A DNA stretch of 64,000 nt from positions 206,076 through 270,075 of IMG/VR virus record IMGVR_UViG_3300036770_004143. The stretch is one strand, 5' to 3'. Each line of letters opens with the position of its first letter. Within the stretch, counting starts at the first letter, position 1. The notes below the pieces were generated by a model that did no database searches, was not told the origin of the DNA, and worked only from the letters and a program-made list of their open reading frames with translations. A program made the position numbers and the translations under genes. Shown here one piece after another: positions 34,877 to 44,164 of the stretch.

Positions 34877-35563
34877 ATGAACATTAAAAAGAAAACTATA
34901 ATCTGTAATTTATTTTCTGATTTTATTCTTGAAAAGATTGGTCTGGATACCAACACTAAAATCCAGATTACTGATTGCTCAAACTTCTATACAATAAATG
35001 GTGATAGCAATAGTCTAATAGTCCTAAACATAAATGAAACTGTTGATGAATTTAATTCAAAATTTAAAACATTCCTGGGTGAAGACAAAATCTTAAGAAC
35101 AATTGACTTAATTAACTATGGTGCAAAATTAACCCCCACTCAAAAACTAAAATATAAGTTCTATAACACAGAAAATTGCTTATACCCAAAAGATGAAATA
35201 AATGACACCATAAAATCCTATACAACCACATCCACATTCCCCCACGGCTATTCTTTCCTCCAAGGTAGGAGTTTGTTATATAAACTTAAAAACATTGCTT
35301 ACAACGTCTTTAAACTAGGTTATATCAAATGGCTTGATATTGAAATGAATTGTAATGAGGTTGATGATGATATTATCAACATAAGCCACAATCTCTCCCC
35401 ATTAAAACACGACTTTATTAAATCAGCAATACTAGATGTGTTTGATATTGAATCAATCACTAATATGGATATTAACAAATATGATATCTACAATGAATCA
35501 CTAAAAATCACAAGAGAATCCCCAAAAATTAAAAAATTATATAAGGACTTTATTGTGATGTGA
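34877..35563 (+). CDS. hypothetical protein with weak MetK (SAM synthetase)-like similarity
   Basis: IICNLFSDFILE resembles MetK KICDQISDAILD; GRSLLYKLKNIAYNV resembles DRSAAYxARYxAKNIV; start reassigned. Confidence 0.45.
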   Translation: MNIKKKTIICNLFSDFILEKIGLDTNTKIQITDCSNFYTINGDSNSLIVLNINETVDEFNSKFKTFLGEDKILRTIDLINYGAKLTPTQKLKYKFYNTENCLYPKDEINDTIKSYTTTSTFPHGYSFLQGRSLLYKLKNIAYNVFKLGYIKWLDIEMNCNEVDDDIINISHNLSPLKHDFIKSAILDVFDIESITNMDINKYDIYNESLKITRESPKIKKLYKDFIVM

Positions 35564-35596
35564 TAAAAATGGGGGATTCAATATCCCCCATTTTTA
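35564..35596. terminator. bidirectional terminator
   Basis: TAAAAATGGGGGAT-TCAAT-ATCCCCCATTTTTA between convergent genes. Confidence 0.75.
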
Positions 35597-35881
35597 TTAT
35601 AGTATTGTTTTCTTTACCAAATCTAGGGCTTCAAATATTGTTTCATATTCTTTTGTTGGTGCAAAAAAATGTGTTTTTTCTTTTGGTGAATTTGCATCTG
35701 TAATTAACATAACTGATGGAACAAATTCAGTTTTGGTTATCTTACTATACATATCATACTCCTCATGATATTTGTCAATATCTCGATCATGATAAGTGAT
35801 ATTCTCCTGTTCTAATAACTTCTTAAATTCTATACAATGGGAACATCCTTCCATTGTATAAATAACTAATTCATAATTCAT
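35597..35881 (-). CDS. glutaredoxin/thioredoxin-like protein
   Basis: YTMEGCSHC, cis-Pro FVP. Confidence 0.85.
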   Translation of the reverse strand: MNYELVIYTMEGCSHCIEFKKLLEQENITYHDRDIDKYHEEYDMYSKITKTEFVPSVMLITDANSPKEKTHFFAPTKEYETIFEALDLVKKTIL

Positions 35882-36162
35882 AACTTTTTATTTAAACTAT
35901 TTATGTAAAATTTAACCTCATCCAATTGTGATGGTTTGAAGTAAATTGTTACAATATATTTATCATCAAAACAATTTATTAAATGAATAATAAATCCATT
36001 TTTTGTTAAATAAACAATTTCTGTTGGAATATCAATTAGTTTTTCAGTTGCACTAATATATAATATATCACCACTAAAACTATTTCTTTTGTGTTGGCTG
36101 CTTAATTCTATTTTGGATAAATCATAAGCCAACTTTTCTTTAAATTTTTTTAAAAATTCCAT
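35878..36162 (-). CDS. hypothetical protein
   Basis: 94-aa ORF. Confidence 0.65.
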   Translation of the reverse strand: MEFLKKFKEKLAYDLSKIELSSQHKRNSFSGDILYISATEKLIDIPTEIVYLTKNGFIIHLINCFDDKYIVTIYFKPSQLDEVKFYINSLNKKL

Positions 36163-36179
36163 AATAATTTTTTAAATTA

Positions 36180-36215
36180 AAAACCCCCCCACCTCAATTA
36201 AGAAGTAGGGGGTTA
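36180..36215 (-). terminator. intrinsic terminator
   Basis: AACCCCC/GGGGGTT hairpin after the DUF932 gene. Confidence 0.55.
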
Positions 36216-36218
36216 TTA

Positions 36219-36971
36219 TTACACCACTAAGTACTCTTCAGCAATTTCCCATAGTTGGGTGTTTAACTTGTTGTCATTGATGAAATTGACAATTGGTTTT
36301 GACCTTCTATTGGTGTTCTGGAACTTAACCCCACCTTTAATTACTTTCTCTTGAAGCACATTGAAGATTGTCCAGAGGTCATTTGACTTATCTTCCTCTC
36401 TGTAAGGTCTTAATACTTGCTCAAAATCTACCTTATTGGCAGCCTTGTCAAAACGAATGTCAATGGCTCTTTGTGCAAACTCTTCAATCTCTCTCTGACC
36501 CAATACTCTCTCCTGCATCTCACCCATTCTATTAAAGATTACTGGGATTTTTGAGAAGAAATCATTTGTCATCACCTCTGTGAAGTCTGTGCTTAAATCC
36601 ACATGTTTCATGGAAATTGTATTAGCCACTGATGTTGGAACTACCAACCCATTAGAACACACTAGTCTATAAATTCCCATTGAAATGTCCATTTTAGATG
36701 TCCCATTGTGGGAATTGTTGAACATAATCTGTGGAAGAACATCACCCACATTATGAAAATCATTGTGTCTTAAAATGACTTGGTGTGCAGAGTATTGGGA
36801 GTCCCCAACTTGCTTTGCAGAGTTTATCTGCCAACCACTACCTACCAAGTTCTCCAAGATTGCTCTTGAATTGGCAAAGTTGTATCTATTAGACATTTTA
36901 GGATCTGGACCTTCTGCAAAGATGGCTGGAACTGATGTCTTTAATACTTCAAGATTTAGTGATGTGTTCAT
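36219..36971 (-). CDS. DUF932 (DUF945) family protein
   Basis: PAIFA...MSNRY...NSHNGTS...GIYRLVCSNGLVV...NDLWTIFNVLQE. Confidence 0.85.
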   Translation of the reverse strand: MNTSLNLEVLKTSVPAIFAEGPDPKMSNRYNFANSRAILENLVGSGWQINSAKQVGDSQYSAHQVILRHNDFHNVGDVLPQIMFNNSHNGTSKMDISMGIYRLVCSNGLVVPTSVANTISMKHVDLSTDFTEVMTNDFFSKIPVIFNRMGEMQERVLGQREIEEFAQRAIDIRFDKAANKVDFEQVLRPYREEDKSNDLWTIFNVLQEKVIKGGVKFQNTNRRSKPIVNFINDNKLNTQLWEIAEEYLVV

Positions 36972-37007
36972 ATTTTTTGTTTTTTCTTTTTGGTTAATTT
37001 GATGTTG

Positions 37008-37039
37008 CAAAGATATATGGTTCCAAATTAATTTCCAAA
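37008..37039 (-). promoter_or_regulatory. Bacteroidota sigma70 promoter
   Basis: TTTG-N20-TATCTTTG. Confidence 0.75.
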
Positions 37040-37040
37040 T

Positions 37041-37316
37041 CTAATTCAAATTTATTTTTCCCAAAGGTCCATCAAAATATTTGACACTAGAATAAGGTTC
37101 ATGCCCCTTATTAACCAAAACACAAATATCAATAATTTGTTGCTTGGTTAACACATAATCTTCACCTTTATCAAAATTAAAGTAACTAAATTTACGCAGT
37201 TTATCAAAAAATAATTGTTTTTTATCCAACTTAACCAATTTCTTTAACTCCTCCTCATTCTTCTCAAAAAAAGAAATAACCTCGGATAAATAAATCTCAA
37301 CATTAACATTTGTCAT
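37041..37316 (-). CDS. hypothetical protein
   Basis: 91-aa ORF. Confidence 0.65.
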   Translation of the reverse strand: MTNVNVEIYLSEVISFFEKNEEELKKLVKLDKKQLFFDKLRKFSYFNFDKGEDYVLTKQQIIDICVLVNKGHEPYSSVKYFDGPLGKINLN

Positions 37317-37505
37317 AGAAAGTATTTTAAATTCACAATTTCATAATTATACATATTATTAAAAGAAAAAAAACAATGCTAAATCTAAAAAAATGTGATA
37401 ATTGTAAATCAAAGAAACTTTCCTATGAAACACCCATCACAATATTAAGCCTATATCTACTAGGATCTGGCATATATGTTGCCATATTGCTAATAAAACA
37501 TCTTA

Positions 37506-38402
37506 TCACTCTCTTTTAAACTTAACCTCTAACTTAACATAGAAGTCACCCCCAGGATAACCCTTATCCTTAATTCTTAATGGTTTGCTTGTATCAAACA
37601 CATCTAATGCCCTTATTGATAAATCTCCATTAGGGTGGGGTACAATATACTTATCATCACATATCTGACTATCATTAAGGAAATGAGTATAAACCAAATC
37701 ATTCCCCACTTTTGAGAATCCATCAGAATCAATAACTTCAATTCTTAAAACCAAATCCCCAAAATCATATTTATCAAAATCTCCCAATTTATGCATCTTT
37801 AGAAATTGGCCATTATCTGCAGTTCTTGGAACTTCTATTGTAACTTGATTCATTTCACTCTTAACCCCAATTCCATTACATTTATAACACTTATCAATAA
37901 TCATCTGTCCTGTTCCTGTACAAGTAGGGCAAGTAGTCTGCACCTGTTGAACAAAAAAACCTGAACCAAACCTATTTATGATAAAACCCCCACCATTACA
38001 AGTTTCACAAGTCTTTTTAGTTCCACATGATCCTTTACATTCATCACAAGGAATATTTCTGTTGTAAACAATATCTTTTACTGCACCCTTATATATCTCA
38101 ATTGGATTTAATTTTAAAGATATTACCTTATCTGGGGGTCTATGTTGCCTATTTGACTGATTAAAGAAGTTAGCAAATATATCATTCATATTATGTCCAC
38201 CTTTCCTCTCCATATCATACTGTCTCCGTTTATTTGCATCAGATAATATATCATAAGCCTCACTGATATCTTTAAACTTATCACCACCACTTGGATTTAT
38301 GTCTGGATGATATTTCTTGGAAAGTTCTCTATATTTTTTTTTTAACACATCTTCTGTGAAATTCTCTTCAATTTCTAAAATTTTGTAATAATCTTTTAAC
38401 AT
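37506..38402 (-). CDS. dnaJ: DnaJ chaperone (J domain, zinc finger, C-terminal domain)
   Basis: DYYKIL...YHPD; four CxxCxGxG-like repeats. Confidence 0.95.
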   Translation of the reverse strand: MLKDYYKILEIEENFTEDVLKKKYRELSKKYHPDINPSGGDKFKDISEAYDILSDANKRRQYDMERKGGHNMNDIFANFFNQSNRQHRPPDKVISLKLNPIEIYKGAVKDIVYNRNIPCDECKGSCGTKKTCETCNGGGFIINRFGSGFFVQQVQTTCPTCTGTGQMIIDKCYKCNGIGVKSEMNQVTIEVPRTADNGQFLKMHKLGDFDKYDFGDLVLRIEVIDSDGFSKVGNDLVYTHFLNDSQICDDKYIVPHPNGDLSIRALDVFDTSKPLRIKDKGYPGGDFYVKLEVKFKRE

Positions 38403-38403
38403 T

Positions 38404-39060
38404 ATGAATTATTTTATTGTTCTATTTAAAAATAAGCAAAAAAAACGAATTATCAAGAAATTCATCACTAAGAAAAAAGCATTAATAGCTTATAACAAAA
38501 TGATGGATAAATCAAATAAAGTTTTTTTTGAAAAGAAGGTTCAAAATGCTGAAATATGTAGTTTTGAATTAGGGTTAATATCTTCCATCAGGGAATTAGA
38601 CATTCCAATGTACCTTAAAGATGAGTTGGGTAGGAATCAAAGAGTATTCATCAATAATGAAAATGATTTATTCTTTGTTGCTATAAATATGTATAAGGTT
38701 GAAGAAACCATATTTGATATTCAACAGAATAAAAAGATAACCATAAATGAATTTGACAAAAAGTATTTATCTGTCCCGGGGCTTAAAGTAATTTGCATTT
38801 TAAATCATAAAATTGTAGTACAAAATGATGATAAATTCTACTTGTTTTCCTTGAAAGATGAAGATGAGGCTTTAAGATTCCTGGATAGTTTATCTGTCTA
38901 TTTAACTGAAACAAATAACTTATCTTGTATGGTTCTTAAAAGCACAAGTTTGTCCCAAAAGAAATATATGTATGATTTACTAGTTAGTCATGGCTTTGAC
39001 CCAGCATTACTATATAGAAAATTTACAACTCAACCTCCTCGGAAACAAAATGGAAATTAA
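38404..39060 (+). CDS. hypothetical protein
   Basis: 218-aa ORF divergent from dnaJ. Confidence 0.7.
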   Translation: MNYFIVLFKNKQKKRIIKKFITKKKALIAYNKMMDKSNKVFFEKKVQNAEICSFELGLISSIRELDIPMYLKDELGRNQRVFINNENDLFFVAINMYKVEETIFDIQQNKKITINEFDKKYLSVPGLKVICILNHKIVVQNDDKFYLFSLKDEDEALRFLDSLSVYLTETNNLSCMVLKSTSLSQKKYMYDLLVSHGFDPALLYRKFTTQPPRKQNGN

Positions 39061-39247
39061 TTCCAGATATATCAACAGTAATTCTACCATTATCACTCAA
39101 AAATATTTTATCAGATTTTGTATTTAATTTTCTAAAAAGGTCATCAAATTCTTTTTTACCTAATTCAAAAGCAACAAGTATTTTTGAATTAGGTGCAAAT
39201 TGTTCTAATGCTTCAGTTATTAAAGCCAACTTCTCTACTTCCCCCAT
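39023..39247 (-). CDS. hypothetical protein
   Basis: 74-aa ORF. Confidence 0.6.
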   Translation of the reverse strand: MGEVEKLALITEALEQFAPNSKILVAFELGKKEFDDLFRKLNTKSDKIFLSDNGRITVDISGINFHFVSEEVEL

Positions 39248-39420
39248 AATAATAGTTTTAATTTAGCAAAAAATCCCAGTTTATTATTCTTGGGTTTAAC
39301 TATGTCTTCCTTTTTTATTTTCTTTAAATCATTGATGAACTTCATCTTCTGATGCTCCAACTCCTGGTAATCCCTGTTTCTTTCTGCTTCTAGGATTTTC
39401 AACATTTTCTCCTTTTCCAT
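39235..39420 (-). CDS. hypothetical protein
   Basis: 61-aa ORF, amphipathic C-terminus FFAKLKLLLWGK. Confidence 0.6.
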   Translation of the reverse strand: MEKEKMLKILEAERNRDYQELEHQKMKFINDLKKIKKEDIVKPKNNKLGFFAKLKLLLWGK

Positions 39421-39802
39421 TTTTTAATTCATTTTTTGGAAGTAAAAATTCTAATTTGCTTAAATCATCAAGTTTATTTTGATTGAAAAGAACTTTTAAT
39501 ATATCAATATTCTTGTTAAGTAAAATGCTCTTCTGTTCAATCTCTTTATTGTCTCTGATTATTTTAAATATTTTTTCAATACCAATATTAAACTTTTCCT
39601 CATCAGCCTCAATAACAAAAGTTATTCCAGTGCTATCTGCATCATTCTTAATGGCAAATGTCACAACAAACTTATCTTTCATATATGCTTGGGGAATTAA
39701 CCAAGTCTTGGGAAAAACCAAATCAATGAATACAAATTTATCTGCAACCCTAATAGAGGATAAATATGAATCAAATTCTTGTATATTTTTAAATAAACTC
39801 AT
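39329..39802 (-). CDS. hypothetical protein
   Basis: 157-aa ORF; 3' end overlaps the next gene by 92 nt. Confidence 0.6.
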   Translation of the reverse strand: MSLFKNIQEFDSYLSSIRVADKFVFIDLVFPKTWLIPQAYMKDKFVVTFAIKNDADSTGITFVIEADEEKFNIGIEKIFKIIRDNKEIEQKSILLNKNIDILKVLFNQNKLDDLSKLEFLLPKNELKNGKGENVENPRSRKKQGLPGVGASEDEVHQ

Positions 39803-39805
39803 TTT

Positions 39806-40000
39806 TTATGAAAATTTAATAAAAGTTATTATAAAACTTAAAGCAATACCAAAATATATTTTCTCATATGTTGTAAGTTTATTTTTTTCAATATAAGAGG
39901 CATCACCAAAAAGTAAAAGTACTATTCTAGTAGTAAAACTAATCACTACCAGAATAGAAAATATAAACAAAAAATAGAATATTGGCAAATAATTATTCAC
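39806..40000 (-). CDS. two-TM membrane protein
   Basis: Two hydrophobic helices. Confidence 0.6.
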   Translation of the reverse strand: MNNYLPIFYFLFIFSILVVISFTTRIVLLLFGDASYIEKNKLTTYEKIYFGIALSFIITFIKFS

Positions 40001-40181
40001 TTTCTTTAGTTGTTTTTCTCTGTTTAACTATATCAAGTCTGCTCTCCTGTAAAAGTGCCTTTATTTCTTGTGCTGTTTTTCTTGCCCTTGTCCCTGCACT
40101 TTTATTCCCCTTGCGATAGAATCTATCAGCATCAGAATAAAACAAATCCATTAATTGTTTGATTTTTTGAATCGTTTCCAT
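39993..40181 (-). CDS. histone H1-like (Hc1 family) DNA-binding protein
   Basis: DADRFYRKGNKSAGTRARKTAQEIK. Confidence 0.75.
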   Translation of the reverse strand: METIQKIKQLMDLFYSDADRFYRKGNKSAGTRARKTAQEIKALLQESRLDIVKQRKTTKESE

Positions 40182-40193
40182 TTTATTTAAATT

Positions 40194-40661
40194 TTATTTT
40201 ATTACTAAATTTTTATCAAGTAGTTTATATATCTCTGTTAATATCTGCAAATCAGCTTTACTATATGTCCCTTCAATATCAAACAATTCTTTTATGAATG
40301 ATTTTATTGCCAAGTGATTTATACCATCAACTCTATTATAGAATATATCAAAATAGAAAATCTTCAAATACTTGTAATGATCACCATCTTCATTTAAAAT
40401 GATATTTTCTTTTTTAAAAGAATCAATAGTTTTTACCCAACACCAGTTAAAATGTTTCTCTTTATCATCATCAGAATAATCAATTGCTAATGTGTTATTC
40501 TCACTATCCCCCAAATATGTTTTTATTATTGTGTTGTTTAATGAAACTAACACATCAGAAAATAAATCAACTTTCTCCCTATTAATATTATTCATATTAA
40601 AATAGGTTTCCAGTTCATCCTTTGGTATTGGCACAGCCAACCATTTAAAAAAATTCTCCAT
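40194..40661 (-). CDS. hypothetical protein
   Basis: 155-aa ORF. Confidence 0.7.
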   Translation of the reverse strand: MENFFKWLAVPIPKDELETYFNMNNINREKVDLFSDVLVSLNNTIIKTYLGDSENNTLAIDYSDDDKEKHFNWCWVKTIDSFKKENIILNEDGDHYKYLKIFYFDIFYNRVDGINHLAIKSFIKELFDIEGTYSKADLQILTEIYKLLDKNLVIK

Positions 40662-40731
40662 AAACTAACATCTATGGAGAATTTTAACACAAAAAAAATA
40701 TAATTGTATATATTATGTTACAAACTTTAAA

Positions 40732-41784
40732 TTACTGTGTGATTTTATTATAGTTAATCAACTTCTTCATTTTATTAAACTCTTCACTTAAAACTACATC
40801 ATTATTTTCAATAGACTCACCCTTCATTTTCTTAATGAAATCAGGTCTTTTATCACCATTCTGAACAATATGAACATCTTGTGATTTTTCATAAGCCCTC
40901 TTCTTTTCTGAACCATAAAAATTATTCTTTCTTTTTGTATTCATTTTCTTATTAATATCTGTTTCAACAGCATTTGCCCACTTGGGATTATTCCCAGTCC
41001 TTGAACTTCCCTCAATATTATCTTTCATCCATTCTTCATTAGGATCCACCTCATCATACATTAAGTTCTCCATTCCTGGTCCACGACCCAAATTTTCAAC
41101 ATACTCTTCTTCTGCACCATCCATACGGTAACCAACAATATCAGACTTCTTTAATTGCATATTTGATTGGGGGAAAGAATCTGGGTTCTCAACATACTTA
41201 CCATTTGAGCCATATTTGATATATTCCTTCATCTTCTTACCAACATCTTTCATGTTGTCATCATTCTCCTTTTTTGACCTCTTTAATAGAGTTTCAACAT
41301 TAGTTAGACTTTTTGGTTTTTTTGTAAATGTATCTCCATCCGCTTCATTAACTATATTTCTAATAAATGAAACCAATCCTTCTTCTGTCATCTTAACAGT
41401 TTTATCCCTTAATGTAATATCACCTGTTTCATTAATGATGTCTTCAATAAATGAAATAAGACTTTCTTCAGTCATCTTAACATTTTTCTTACCTTTCTTC
41501 AATAGTTTGAAATCTTCAGAATCAATCTTGCCATTCTTATTCTTATCAATCTTATGTTGCTTACCAACCAATTTTTCCTTAACTTCTTTCTTACCTTTCT
41601 TCAATAGTTTGAAATCTTCAGAATCAATTTTACCATTTTTGTTCTTGTCAATCTTATGTTGTTTACCAACCAATTTCTCATCTATATTTTTCTTCACTTT
41701 CTTCTCAAATAACAAGTTTGACCTTTTACTAAATTCCTCATTCAATACCTTGTTAACAATTGAATCAATATTATTTTTATTCAT
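40732..41784 (-). CDS. putative head core/internal protein with duplicated EF-hand-like motif
   Basis: Two DKNKNGKIDSEDF loops; several (V/I/L)xE motifs. Confidence 0.6.
   Translation of the reverse strand: MNKNNIDSIVNKVLNEEFSKRSNLLFEKKVKKNIDEKLVGKQHKIDKNKNGKIDSEDFKLLKKGKKEVKEKLVGKQHKIDKNKNGKIDSEDFKLLKKGKKNVKMTEESLISFIEDIINETGDITLRDKTVKMTEEGLVSFIRNIVNEADGDTFTKKPKSLTNVETLLKRSKKENDDNMKDVGKKMKEYIKYGSNGKYVENPDSFPQSNMQLKKSDIVGYRMDGAEEEYVENLGRGPGMENLMYDEVDPNEEWMKDNIEGSSRTGNNPKWANAVETDINKKMNTKRKNNFYGSEKKRAYEKSQDVHIVQNGDKRPDFIKKMKGESIENNDVVLSEEFNKMKKLINYNKITQ
41476..41679 (-). repeat. two 102-nt (34-aa) tandem coding repeats
   Basis: EKLVGKQHKIDKNKNGKIDSEDFKLLKKGKK(E/N)VK x2 with synonymous differences. 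Confidence 0.9.
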
Positions 41785-41808
41785 AATAACTTTTTTATAT
41801 AAATAGTA

Positions 41809-43188
41809 TCATTTATTATTTCTGATAATTCTTTTTACATCAGATTTGCTAATATTCCAATTTTTAGCAACATTTTCCACAATTTTATCAAATCTCAAAG
41901 GAGAATTAACCGCCTCCTCAATACCCCCAATGTCAATTGTTCCAAATCCTTTTAATTTATCAAATGCTGGATTTTGCTCAATAGGGTCTTTCTTTGCTTG
42001 TTTCATAACACCCCAGGTAGATGGCTTCATTTTCATATGATTAATAACCAAATATTCAATAACATCAACATTTGCCCCCTCAAATGATTCAATCCAATCA
42101 GCATATTGTTTCACATATTCAGCAGATTTTGCATCATGACCATATGCTGTTGGTTCATTTGTTTTTGGGTTAATAGCATAAGTATCCATCTTACCCAAAT
42201 CATGAAATAAAGCAGCCATAATCATATTTGGATCATCCCCATATTTGTTATATGCTCTCCTTAATACCAAAATTATATGTTTTAATGAGTTACCCTCTGG
42301 ATGCCATTTACTTGTTTGTTTTGCACCCCATTGGTCAAAAAGTAACTTCTTTAAATCTTGTGGTAATGACCTAATAAGGTCTTGTGCTGTGCCTGGAATT
42401 TCTCTCTTGTTCATATTTTGTTCAGTTAATTTTAACGCACCAATATCCCCCTGGTTACAGTAGGGGAATTTTAAACACTTCTTCTTTACTTGCACAAATT
42501 GCCCTCCTGGTATTTGTGTTTTACTCTTCCCTCTCCAATCTTTTTTCTTCATAGATTTCGCCCACATCCCTGGAACTTCATACGACCCTGTGGATGAAGT
42601 TGTAGTTGCTTCCTTGGCTTCCACCTTCCCTTCATTAAATATAGGCTTAAAATTAACTTCTGTCCACTTATTCTCCTTTATTGGAACACAATTTGGAACC
42701 ATTTTTCCATTCTTCATTTTTCCACCAACTCTCCTATATCCTTTCCAACACGCTTCACTCATATTCTCAAGGTTGGGGAATAATGGTGCAACATAACCAC
42801 CAGATGAACCTGAACCAGTTGCTTCCTTAGTTTCCATCTTTGTTAATTTAACATAATATTTAGGATCCTCTAAAAGATGGTCTTTTGCAATCTGTATAGC
42901 AATTTTAATACTACTAGTATGTTCTTTCTCAATTTTAGCACCTTTGTTTAGTTGTTTTTCCAAGAAAGCAATATAATCCATTGAATCTTGTGTTTTATTG
43001 TGTTTTCTTTCAATATCTACTAAAGATATATCTCTTTTTTTTAAATCCATTTTATCATCTTCTTTAATTTCTCCATCATTAACCATCCTAATATACTTGA
43101 ATTGTTCTGGATATGACTTAGAACTTTTTGAGAATTCATTAGCAATGGTATTTGCAAAAAGTTTATTTGAATCTTCCATATTATGCAT
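41809..43188 (-). CDS. mosaic protein: DUF5661-like module, CWKGY...VPNCVP module, HD phosphohydrolase
   Basis: GAKIEKEHT...IAKDHL.EDPKYY; ACWKGY..VG.KMK.GKMVPNCVP; WHPEG...H...ALFHDLGK. Confidence 0.7.
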   Translation of the reverse strand: MHNMEDSNKLFANTIANEFSKSSKSYPEQFKYIRMVNDGEIKEDDKMDLKKRDISLVDIERKHNKTQDSMDYIAFLEKQLNKGAKIEKEHTSSIKIAIQIAKDHLLEDPKYYVKLTKMETKEATGSGSSGGYVAPLFPNLENMSEACWKGYRRVGGKMKNGKMVPNCVPIKENKWTEVNFKPIFNEGKVEAKEATTTSSTGSYEVPGMWAKSMKKKDWRGKSKTQIPGGQFVQVKKKCLKFPYCNQGDIGALKLTEQNMNKREIPGTAQDLIRSLPQDLKKLLFDQWGAKQTSKWHPEGNSLKHIILVLRRAYNKYGDDPNMIMAALFHDLGKMDTYAINPKTNEPTAYGHDAKSAEYVKQYADWIESFEGANVDVIEYLVINHMKMKPSTWGVMKQAKKDPIEQNPAFDKLKGFGTIDIGGIEEAVNSPLRFDKIVENVAKNWNISKSDVKRIIRNNK

Positions 43189-43426
43189 TTTTTAATTTTG
43201 GTTCCCAATAACTCCTATTCTGCCACATAAACTGATAAAATTCCCTAAACATTTTAACTGTTATGTCTTTAACCTCTCCCTCAAATTTACCTCTCCTAAA
43301 CTCTTTCTGTAACTTTTCAATGAGTTTATTTTCATACTGGGATAGTGTACTACTTTCAAAGAAGTCTTTAATTTCCTTTCTTGTTATAGTTTCAATCTCC
43401 TTTTTTTCAGATTGTGTTAGTGCCAT
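43181..43426 (-). CDS. hypothetical protein
   Basis: 81-aa ORF. Confidence 0.65.
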   Translation of the reverse strand: MALTQSEKKEIETITRKEIKDFFESSTLSQYENKLIEKLQKEFRRGKFEGEVKDITVKMFREFYQFMWQNRSYWEPKLKNA

Positions 43427-43839
43427 TACTTAAAAATTATAGAATATGTAAACCCAAATACGGATAACCCTACTAGGATTTGATTTATAGTGTTTTTCAC
43501 TTTTTGCTTTTTTAATAAATTATTATTATTTATGTAACTTTCATTAAGTATGTCATACTTCTCATTTTGAATTTTGATAATTTCTTTATATTTCTCTTCT
43601 TTTTCAATATATGAGAATAATAATGAATCCTTCAAAAATAATTTCTTTTCATTTTGAATAGCTATGTGATTAACAATCAATAACTCATTCTTCACAGAAT
43701 CATAACGAACCAAATCTTTTGCTATTTCCCTAACAATGGCTATTGGAAATGTTTTAGTTTGGATTGAAACTGTATCTACTTGTGAAAAAACTATCAATGG
43801 CAGCCATATTAAAAGTATCAATGGATATAACCTTTTCAT
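43426..43839 (-). CDS. secreted/membrane coiled-coil protein
   Basis: Signal peptide, coil, C-terminal TM. Confidence 0.6.
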   Translation of the reverse strand: MKRLYPLILLIWLPLIVFSQVDTVSIQTKTFPIAIVREIAKDLVRYDSVKNELLIVNHIAIQNEKKLFLKDSLLFSYIEKEEKYKEIIKIQNEKYDILNESYINNNNLLKKQKVKNTINQILVGLSVFGFTYSIIFK

Positions 43840-44164
43840 AATAAAATCTTCTAACTATCTCTTTTTTGCTATTTATATCTTTTATATTCTTATCAATTTC
43901 ATTAATCTCTAAAAAATATTTATCAATTTTTTCTTCTAAAAGTTTTTGATTACCCTCAATCCTCTTATTAGATTCATCCAAATCAACAATTTTTTGATTT
44001 GTCTTATCATCAAGTTTAACTTTTGGTTCAGTTGATTTATATATTGATATACCAAAGAATATCAAAAATACTACCAACATAAGTTTTAGTAAAATATTTA
44101 AAAAATCATTGAAGACTCCACTTAATTTGGTGTTTTCTTTCTGATTGCTAACATTTTTGACCAT
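43754..44164 (-). CDS. TM plus coiled-coil protein (start uncertain)
   Basis: LMLVVFLIFFGISIY followed by a coil. Confidence 0.55.
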   Translation of the reverse strand: MVKNVSNQKENTKLSGVFNDFLNILLKLMLVVFLIFFGISIYKSTEPKVKLDDKTNQKIVDLDESNKRIEGNQKLLEEKIDKYFLEINEIDKNIKDINSKKEIVRRFYYEKVISIDTFNMAAIDSFFTSRYSFNPN

